44,610 bases of DNA from Bacteroidales bacterium. GTDB taxonomy: Bacteria > Bacteroidota > Bacteroidia > Bacteroidales > CAIWKO01. A program made the position numbers and the translations under genes. The notes under the pieces were generated by a model, which had not been told where the DNA came from, did no database searches, and was given only the letters and a program-made list of their open reading frames with translations. Position 1 is the stretch's first letter. Every line of letters begins with the position of its first letter. Shown here piece after piece: positions 37,499 through 44,610 of the stretch. Location: NCBI GenBank assembly GCA_035389045.1, contig DAOORA010000034.1, forward strand, positions 1 to 44,610, in the 5' to 3' direction.

Positions 37499-39907
37499 TT
37501 ATACTTTATAAACGACTTGAATTGATGTAACACGCGGTGGTTCAACAGAAATAGGACGCAAAGAGTATTCCGTATTTAAGATGTTGTTGACCAGCAGTGA
37601 AAACTTAAAGTGTTTTTTTAATTCATAACTGATGCGTGCGTCAAAAACATAATCGCCTTTATGATGATCTCTTCTATATTGTCTTATGCCGGTATTGAAC
37701 AATCCCGGACGGTCGGTCTGTAAAAAGAATTTATCAATGTTATACATAAATCCATAATATCTGCCACCCAGCCCGAGCGAAATACTTCTAAAGGTAAATT
37801 CCACATCGACCTTTGCAAGCTGTTCAAAACGGTATTTAAGAATATTTTCCCTGGTGTCGGAAGAACTGCTCATATAGGAGAAATCCCGGTTTAGCAGGGT
37901 GTCTCTGTAATATACTTTATCAGGTTCCAGGCATGTTGGCCTCGAAAAAGTGTATCCGCCCATGATGGCCATCGAAAAATCTTTCGTGAACTTTCCTTCC
38001 CCCATCAGGGTGATATCAATTCCCCATACCCGCGCATCGGCAGTGTTTAAAAATTTATAGCCAAGGTTTTTGGTGATGTCAAGGTTTCCCAGGGTGTCCA
38101 CATTCCTGCCCCATAATCCGGCATTGAATTCTATATAGTTCTTATATTGCTGCAGAAATCCGCATACATCAAGGAATCCCACGAATTTTTTTATTTTGAA
38201 CAGCTGTTTGATACCCAATTCTGTGTTCCAGCTGGTTTCCGACTTCAGGTCGGGATTGGGATAGATGCCAAAATTACCCGCAGAAGTGGAGATATAGCGT
38301 TCGCCTATACTCGGGAAACGGAAACCCTGGCCGAATGACGCCCTGATGTATGTGGCGCGCGTAGCTTTAAGGTTCAGCCCTGCGCGGAATACCGGCCTGC
38401 TGTCGGTATAATCACTGAGTTTGAAATATTCCCAGCGTGCGCCACCGGATATCGTGAGTATCTTGAAAAATTTCTTCTCCAGCTGAACAAAAATCGCGAG
38501 GTTCTCCGATGATTTTGCTCCCTCTTCACCAAAAGTGCCGGAAAAAACTTTTCCGAATGAATAGGCATAGATATTCATGATACCGGTATTGACCACGAGG
38601 TTCCCTGCATTTTTAAACATTTTTGAAAACTGGTACTCATTGTAAAGCGAATACGACATGGTCGACTGATTGTTATCTGCGCCATTGCTGCTGTAATAAA
38701 ACCTGTTTTTCAGGGCATGTGAGGCGCCTTTAGGTCCGAAATATTTTACATACGGGTCGAGGTAAAACTGAAAATCAGCAAAATTTGTAATAGCTCCGGG
38801 ATAGGAACGGAAAATATTGGAGTCGGCATCCATCCAGAAAAACGCTTGTGTATTCTTTGAATACATAAAATTTCCGTTTAAGCCGTAAGTAAGCCCTTCC
38901 ACTTTAAGAGAACGTACTCTTGTGCCGAAATTGAGCCGGAAGTTTTTCTCAAATTCTCCCTTGTCGTAATTGCCGGAGGTGTCGTGCGGCGGAGCGCCGA
39001 TGCATCCCGGATCGGAAAGGAAGTTGCCTCCGATGACATAATCAAAATTATTTACCCTTCTGGAGTGAATAAAATTAGCACCCAGAATGATCGGATTGAA
39101 ACCCTCCCATGATTTGGTGTATCGTTTCGGCGGCACGCTGTAAATACCGCTGTGTAAGGTAACCCTGGTCAGTGGCTTTTCTTTGGGGTAGGCCGTACGT
39201 ACATTGATGGCGCCGTTCAGGGCTGACGAGCCATAAAGCACCGATGAGGCACCCTTGACAACTTCGATCTGCTCCACATCTTCTACCGGTAAAAAACTCC
39301 AGACCGGCCGACCGGCGTCGGCCCTCATCATGGGTATTTCGTCGATCAGTATCATTACCCTGCTTCCCAGTCCCGAACTGTATCCGCTGCCTCCGCGAAT
39401 CTGAGGCTCATTATCGACAATGGCGACGCCGGGGACTGCTTCAATAGCCTTATCAAGCGTCAGCACATTTTTATTCTCTATCATGCTTGGCTTGATAACT
39501 TCCACACTATTGGTAGCATCCTCGAGCTTTTGTTCGTATTTCGAGGCCGAAACCACCGTGGTGTTCAGCTCGGTAACCGATACTTTCATCGTAACATTCA
39601 CCTCAAGCATTTTTCCCTGTTTGACGCTGATTTTCTGGGAATATTTTTCATAACCCACACAGGAAAAAAGCAGGGTGTATTCACCGGGAGCGACTTCGAG
39701 CTGATATTTGCCATCCATATCACTTATGGTGCCTGTGCGATGGTCTTTTAAACCAATGCTGACAAAAGGTACAGGCTTGTCGGTATCTTCTTCGGTGACC
39801 ACGCCCTTAATGCCCGATTTTTGAGCGTTAGCTATGAAAGGAAACAGGCACCCGGCCAGAATAATAAAAAAGATTGCTAAAAAGTAACTTTTTGAGCGAA
39901 ATATCAT
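37499..39907 (-). CDS. TonB-dependent receptor with N-terminal carboxypeptidase-regulatory-like domain
   Basis: GT.SD.DGKY.L, VVSASKYEQ, IRGGSG, IEVVKGASSVLYGS.ALNG.IN, NPDLKSE, NNILN..Y. Confidence 0.92.
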   Translation of the reverse strand: MIFRSKSYFLAIFFIILAGCLFPFIANAQKSGIKGVVTEEDTDKPVPFVSIGLKDHRTGTISDMDGKYQLEVAPGEYTLLFSCVGYEKYSQKISVKQGKMLEVNVTMKVSVTELNTTVVSASKYEQKLEDATNSVEVIKPSMIENKNVLTLDKAIEAVPGVAIVDNEPQIRGGSGYSSGLGSRVMILIDEIPMMRADAGRPVWSFLPVEDVEQIEVVKGASSVLYGSSALNGAINVRTAYPKEKPLTRVTLHSGIYSVPPKRYTKSWEGFNPIILGANFIHSRRVNNFDYVIGGNFLSDPGCIGAPPHDTSGNYDKGEFEKNFRLNFGTRVRSLKVEGLTYGLNGNFMYSKNTQAFFWMDADSNIFRSYPGAITNFADFQFYLDPYVKYFGPKGASHALKNRFYYSSNGADNNQSTMSYSLYNEYQFSKMFKNAGNLVVNTGIMNIYAYSFGKVFSGTFGEEGAKSSENLAIFVQLEKKFFKILTISGGARWEYFKLSDYTDSRPVFRAGLNLKATRATYIRASFGQGFRFPSIGERYISTSAGNFGIYPNPDLKSETSWNTELGIKQLFKIKKFVGFLDVCGFLQQYKNYIEFNAGLWGRNVDTLGNLDITKNLGYKFLNTADARVWGIDITLMGEGKFTKDFSMAIMGGYTFSRPTCLEPDKVYYRDTLLNRDFSYMSSSSDTRENILKYRFEQLAKVDVEFTFRSISLGLGGRYYGFMYNIDKFFLQTDRPGLFNTGIRQYRRDHHKGDYVFDARISYELKKHFKFSLLVNNILNTEYSLRPISVEPPRVTSIQVVYKV

Positions 39908-39931
39908 AGGAGAGATTTTTAATTTTCGCCT

Positions 39932-40096
39932 TTAGAAACTGTTTTGATTTTAGGTTACATAAGATTTATGATGGATTTTTTTGCAAAACGAGGCGGATTT
40001 TGCAGACATGGTTTATCCTATGTCGAAAAATCTAACGAAGTTGCAGCAAAAAAGACACATAAAGATATGAAAAGATAAAATCAAAACCATTTCTTA
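39932..40096. mobile_element. MITE-like palindromic element of about 165 bp
   Basis: TTAGAAACTGTTTTGATTTTA ... TAAAATCAAAACCATTTCTTA inverted repeats; internal GATTTT-GCA-GACAT...ATGTC-GA-AAAATC stem. Confidence 0.65.
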
Positions 40097-40106
40097 AAAT
40101 CAGGCA

Positions 40107-40114
40107 CAAAAGTA
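40107..40114 (-). promoter_or_regulatory. -7 promoter box TACTTTTG for the TonB receptor
   Basis: CAAAAGTA on the plus strand reads TAnnTTTG on the minus strand. Confidence 0.45.
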
Positions 40115-40121
40115 ATAAAAA

Positions 40122-41123
40122 TTATTGAATTGTAACTTTTTGACTGAACCGCCTGTTATCATCTGTGGTAACCGATACAATATAAATGCCTCCTTTTAGT
40201 TGTGATAATCCGATAAAATGCTGAACATTCTGGGCTGTGATCTGTGTTTTATAAACGCATTGGCCATTGATATTGAACAATTCGATTTTTGAAGTCAGCA
40301 GTTTGTCGTAGGAAAGATTTATAATAAGATCGGTATTATCGGTATATGCGGAGAAATCAGCGGAAGAAGGAGTGTTTTGCATAATGCTGCTGGGGTTATA
40401 TACGAGTGACAAATCATCAATATACAGGCTGTCTCCGCCGGAGCCGCCCCCGGGCGTTTTATTTGTGGTGAAGGTGATAAGCATGTAATCGGGTGTTGTT
40501 GCCGGCCCCGTATAATTAAATGGTATACTGATGCGGCTCCACTGATGGTCGGTAGAGGCAAAATTTATGGTGGCATCACCAACCACATGGGGCTGGGATG
40601 ACGCATCCAGCGGATCTTTAAGATCATAAGCATCGTGGATCACAGCCCTCATCCGTGCGGAATCACTTCCACCAGCACTGGAAGGAATGTATCTTGCCCA
40701 AAAAACGATGGAATCCGGATGAGCAGCAAGCGCTTCGCTGAAAGCGGTATTAGCAATATGACTAATGTTATAATTATCTGCATGGGTCGGCACTATATTG
40801 CCCATGTTAATCTGGCCGGTGGTTACATTGCCATTGGCAACGACCCCAATAATACTTTTGGACCAGATCAAACAACTGGATATGCCGGTTGTTCCCGGCC
40901 TTACAACTGAGGATTTGTTTATTTGCTGCGATGCATAAGTTGACAGCGTGCCCGAAGAGGTTTTAAACGAATTCCAGTCCAAAGGCTCCACATTGGCAGT
41001 TCCTTCATTTTCCCAATTCTCAAATCCGGAATTATTAAGCTGCGTTTGTGCAATTGTACTTCCAAAACAGCCTAACAGTAAAATCCCTGTGATAAGTAAC
41101 GATGATAGTTGAATTTTTTTCAT
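40122..41123 (-). CDS. PCMD-like domain protein with T9SS CTD
   Basis: Signal peptide; LNNSGFENW; ANGNVTTG.IN.G; DSLYIDDLSLVY; CTD LFNINGQCV..LKGGIYIV..SQKVTIQ. Confidence 0.75.
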   Translation of the reverse strand: MKKIQLSSLLITGILLLGCFGSTIAQTQLNNSGFENWENEGTANVEPLDWNSFKTSSGTLSTYASQQINKSSVVRPGTTGISSCLIWSKSIIGVVANGNVTTGQINMGNIVPTHADNYNISHIANTAFSEALAAHPDSIVFWARYIPSSAGGSDSARMRAVIHDAYDLKDPLDASSQPHVVGDATINFASTDHQWSRISIPFNYTGPATTPDYMLITFTTNKTPGGGSGGDSLYIDDLSLVYNPSSIMQNTPSSADFSAYTDNTDLIINLSYDKLLTSKIELFNINGQCVYKTQITAQNVQHFIGLSQLKGGIYIVSVTTDDNRRFSQKVTIQ

Positions 41124-41341
41124 TTTGATAAATTTTGGTTGCTGATAAAAACGGGCGCAAAATTACATAAAATTCCTTTATGCAATTTTTATTAATACTA
41201 AATATGTTTACACATTAAATATGTGGCGTCAACTAACACTTGCAGTCACTTATTTTCCTTTCTTTGTAAGAATATTTCAGAAAGTTGTTAAAGCAAGGAA
41301 TAAATGAAATATTTTTGTTATCACTATAAAACACAGGACGA

Positions 41342-42880
41342 ATGTTGATAAAAACCTATGGGAGCGCCATTTTAGGAATTGACGCCCTGACAATTACCGT
41401 TGAAGTAAATATCGATGCCGGGATACAGTTTTTTATGGTTGGCTTGCCCGACAGCGCCGTAAAGGAAAGCCAGCACCGGATCATTGCCTCTTTTAAAAAC
41501 AGCGGATTTAACTATCCCGGCAAAAGGATCGTAATAAATATGGCGCCTGCTGATATAAAAAAGGAAGGTTCCGCTTACGACCTGACGATAGCCCTGGGTA
41601 TTCTGGCGGCTTCCGGTCAGTTGAAATCAGAAGAACTCGGAAAATATATCATTATGGGTGAACTTTCGCTCGATGGCAGTCTGCAGCCGATCAAAGGCGC
41701 GCTGCCTATTGCTATAGAGGCGCGCGAACAGGGATTCAGGGGATTTATTCTACCTGAAGAAAATGCAAGGGAAGCGGCCATTGTCAATAATCTGGATGTG
41801 ATCGGGGTTAAAGACCTCCGGCAGGTCGTTGATTTTTTGAATGGCGATATTCATATTGACCCCGTGGTAGTAAACACCCGTGAAGAGTTTTTTACCCGGC
41901 TGAACGAATATGAGTTTGATTTTGCCGATGTCAAAGGACAGGAAAACATCAAGCGTTCATTGGAGATAGCGGCTGCCGGCGGACACAATGTGATTTTTAT
42001 TGGCCCTCCGGGAGCCGGAAAAACTATGCTTGCCAAACGCCTGCCTTCGATACTGCCCCCGCTGAACCTTCATGAAGCGCTGGAAACAACCAAGATACAT
42101 TCCGTTTCCGGCAAACTTGCCAAAAATGCTTCTCTTATTTCTGTGCGGCCGTTCCGTGCCCCGCACCATACCATCAGCGATGTGGCGCTTGTCGGAGGCG
42201 GAAGCTTTCCCCAGCCGGGCGAAATATCCCTGGCGCATAACGGGGTATTATTTCTGGATGAACTCCCCGAATTTAAACGTACTGTGCTGGAAGTGCTCCG
42301 TCAACCGGTGGAAGACCGCGTAGTGACCATTTCAAGAGCTAAATTTACAGTGGAGTATCCCGCCAGTTTTATGCTGGTGGCCGCCATGAACCCATGCCCC
42401 TGCGGATATTACAACCATCCCGATAAAGAGTGTGTCTGCGGCCCCGGCGTTGTACAAAAGTATCTGAACAAGGTTTCCGGGCCTTTACTGGACAGGATTG
42501 ATATTCATGTAGAGGTTACACCCGTGCCTTTCAAAGAACTGAGCAAAGCTCAGGCCTCTGAAAAAAGTGAAGTCGTAAGAGAACGGGTGGTTGCAGCCCG
42601 GAAGATTCAGGAAGACCGTTTCAGCAACATCCCGGGTATATACTGCAACGCCCAGATGACAACCAAACACTTACAAACATTTTGCCTGTTGAACGAAACC
42701 GGATTAACTCTTTTGAAAAATGCGATGGAGAAATTGAGTTTATCAGCACGTGCTTACGACCGTATACTGAAAGTGGCCCGCACCATTGCAGACCTGGATA
42801 ATTCAACGGAAATCCAGAATCATCATCTTGCCGAAGCCATACAATACCGCAGCCTCGACAGAGATAACTGGGCCGGGTGA
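41342..42880 (+). CDS. YifB/ComM family Mg-chelatase-like AAA+ ATPase
   Basis: [87 protein letters not shown]. Confidence 0.95.
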   Translation: MLIKTYGSAILGIDALTITVEVNIDAGIQFFMVGLPDSAVKESQHRIIASFKNSGFNYPGKRIVINMAPADIKKEGSAYDLTIALGILAASGQLKSEELGKYIIMGELSLDGSLQPIKGALPIAIEAREQGFRGFILPEENAREAAIVNNLDVIGVKDLRQVVDFLNGDIHIDPVVVNTREEFFTRLNEYEFDFADVKGQENIKRSLEIAAAGGHNVIFIGPPGAGKTMLAKRLPSILPPLNLHEALETTKIHSVSGKLAKNASLISVRPFRAPHHTISDVALVGGGSFPQPGEISLAHNGVLFLDELPEFKRTVLEVLRQPVEDRVVTISRAKFTVEYPASFMLVAAMNPCPCGYYNHPDKECVCGPGVVQKYLNKVSGPLLDRIDIHVEVTPVPFKELSKAQASEKSEVVRERVVAARKIQEDRFSNIPGIYCNAQMTTKHLQTFCLLNETGLTLLKNAMEKLSLSARAYDRILKVARTIADLDNSTEIQNHHLAEAIQYRSLDRDNWAG

Positions 42881-43063
42881 CCTTGATTGATTTTGCCTGT
42901 TGGTGTTTTGAAACAATAAAACAGGTACGGCCTTCATGCAGACCCTTACGGAATCATCCTTTTCAATTAATTATAAGATTCATTTCTGTCAAAATTTTTA
43001 TGAAAATTATAGTAATGTTAATTTTTTTTACGACATTTGAAGTATCATATAATCTCGGACATT

Positions 43064-43462
43064 ATGAAAACTAATTTTCTTTGCCCGCATTGCAGAGGGC
43101 ATCTAAGGGTATCAAACAGTATCATCTTCCTTACAAAAACGAATAAGGGCAAATCCGGCCTGCTTCTGGTCAGCCCGGAACTTGGAGATTACAATGTAAA
43201 AGTTCATCCCGAATACAATAACTTTGAAGAGGGCGAAATAGTAAATTTCATTTGCCCGATTTGTTATGAAAATCTTGATGCTAAAGAATACGATAAAAAT
43301 TTAGCCAAGATCATCATGAAGGAAGAAGATGGTAAAGAATCTACCATTGTTTTCTCAAAGATTACCGGAGAAAAATGTACCTACAAAATATACCAGGGCA
43401 CCATTAGTTCTTATGGTACTGATGCAGAAGGGTACAAAAGCATTTTTGGCGATCTGTTTTAA
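43064..43462 (+). CDS. Hypothetical protein with two CxxC motifs (putative zinc ribbon)
   Basis: FLCPHC ... FICPIC; ATG at 43064. Confidence 0.7.
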   Translation: MKTNFLCPHCRGHLRVSNSIIFLTKTNKGKSGLLLVSPELGDYNVKVHPEYNNFEEGEIVNFICPICYENLDAKEYDKNLAKIIMKEEDGKESTIVFSKITGEKCTYKIYQGTISSYGTDAEGYKSIFGDLF

Positions 43463-43793
43463 TCCGTGGGATAAGGACTTTCATAAGATTAATCCATTTT
43501 CAACAGGAATTATCATAACCTGAAGTATTTCTGGTTTTTAAACAGGAAATCAGGTAAAACATTCTGGTTTTTTTCATATGAGGTGATTATTTTCTGTGGC
43601 GGGACATCTTGTCCTGCATTGATCTGTGATCATTTGCTATGATGTTTGCCCAATCAAATGATCTGTACCCGTCCTTGTCAGCCCGGGTTTGTATAATCGC
43701 AGTTGATTGATCCTGCAAAAAAATATGGCCATCAAAAATGATGACCATACTTTAAATAATTATGAAGAGCCAAAAAAAATATGGCTGGGATTG

Positions 43794-44243
43794 CTAATTT
43801 ACACCGGTGTAGACGTTGTCTTTGTAAATACCGGTTTTTGTCGTTCCATTCGAGGCTGTAAAAGTTCCCTCACCATTAAACTGGCCGTTCTTAAAATTTC
43901 CGACATATTTTTCGCCATTCGGGAAATATAAAGATCCATAACCTTCTATTTGGTCGTCTTTAAAGTCACCATAATATTCACGGCCATCAGGATATTTAAT
44001 GTATCCGTTTCCGTTTTTCAGTCCTTTTTTGAAATTTCCTACATATCTTTCTCCTGTCGGATAGGTAAGCGTACCAAAGCCGCTCACGCTGTCCTCTGTT
44101 ACCGGGCTGTCATAATTGGCGGGATGGTTTAATACAAATTCAACAGAATTTTTGTTCATAGCAGAAAAATTGCCGTTATTGGCATAGATATTTGCCATGA
44201 ACAGTCCTGAAAGTAAGACAAAAAAAGAAAATAGCTTTTTCAT
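43794..44243 (-). CDS. Secreted MORN-repeat protein
   Basis: Signal peptide MKKLFSFF; repeats G.G.L.YP.GE.YVGNFK.G. TATCTTTG box at 44273-44280 supports the 44243 start. Confidence 0.85.
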   Translation of the reverse strand: MKKLFSFFVLLSGLFMANIYANNGNFSAMNKNSVEFVLNHPANYDSPVTEDSVSGFGTLTYPTGERYVGNFKKGLKNGNGYIKYPDGREYYGDFKDDQIEGYGSLYFPNGEKYVGNFKNGQFNGEGTFTASNGTTKTGIYKDNVYTGVN

Positions 44244-44426
44244 TGTAAATGAGCATTTTATAAAAACGGGTGCAAAGATAGGCACTATTTTTTACATGAC
44301 CAAACATTTTTATGAAAATTTTTTTGCGTATGGTATGATGAAAAAAAATCATAATTTTGTCAACCCGTTAAATTCATTTTAGTTCTTTAAGATGTGTTGT
44401 GATGAATAAACGGAAGGAATTTTAAA

Positions 44427-44504
44427 GGGACGTTAGCTCAGTCGGTTCAGAGCGCATGCTTCACACGCATGAGGTCACTGGTTCGAATCCTGTACGTCCC
44501 ACCA
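44427..44504 (+). tRNA. tRNA-Val(CAC)
   Basis: Acceptor stem GGGACGT/ACGTCCC plus ACCA; D arm AGCTCAGTCGGTTCAGAGC; anticodon arm CATGC-TTCACAC-GCATG; T loop GGTTCGAATCC; TAATTTTG box at 44352. Confidence 0.95.
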
Positions 44505-44510
44505 GTTTAT

Positions 44511-44535
44511 AGACCTCACACTACGTGAGGTTTAT
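44511..44535 (+). terminator. Probable terminator after the tRNA
   Basis: AGACCTCAC-ACTAC-GTGAGGTTT hairpin followed by a T/A-rich run. Confidence 0.55.
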
Positions 44536-44610
44536 TAATTTTAAGCCATGCATTAGGATCAATCGGAAAAGTTGAGGGGAGAAAAATAATTTTTTACTTT
44601 GCATAAAAAA

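Noticed and set aside
43470..43790. Possible small gene or pseudogene (53-codon minus-strand ORF from 43748; plus-strand ORF 43707-43931)
   Set aside because: No recognisable motifs; cannot be supported from sequence alone.
44427..44610. tRNA-linked integrative element or tRNA pseudogene
   Set aside because: No integrase or duplicated tRNA 3' end is in the window; a single T-T mismatch in the T stem is not enough to call a pseudogene.

Overview
Chromosomal window from a Bacteroidota bacterium, probably Bacteroidales-like. This is supported by TAnnTTTG promoter boxes, five proteins ending in T9SS type-A sorting domains, and Gln-starting mature proteins. Positions 1-18.6 kb hold a large secreted-protein locus: the 3' part of a repeat-rich T9SS cargo, an atypical prs, a 2282-aa signal-peptide/SLH/CUB Rhs protein with no T9SS CTD and no adjacent immunity gene, and a 2498-aa T9SS cargo that starts with a lone YD/Rhs unit. 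Both giant cargoes end in the same dockerin-like + cohesin-like + CTD module. The middle holds rsgA, a cupin, a small T9SS protein, two tandem highly structured non-coding elements bracketed by a 110-bp direct repeat, tsaB/adaptor/TolC, an M1 aminopeptidase and an OmpA protein. Next is an envelope O-acylation operon (two SGNH proteins, one with LysM, an MBOAT with a C-terminal FLYLDF motif, an acetate-CoA-ligase-like enzyme and an ACP). The right end has a PCMD/TonB-receptor/PCMD cluster, a YifB/ComM ATPase, small proteins and tRNA-Val(CAC). Several MITE/REP-like palindromes lie in intergenic regions. The best candidates for undescribed biology are the Rhs + YD-tagged T9SS carrier pair, the Dlt-like carrier-protein route for O-acetylation, and the modular structured repeat. 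All family calls are by motif recognition only; no searches were run.
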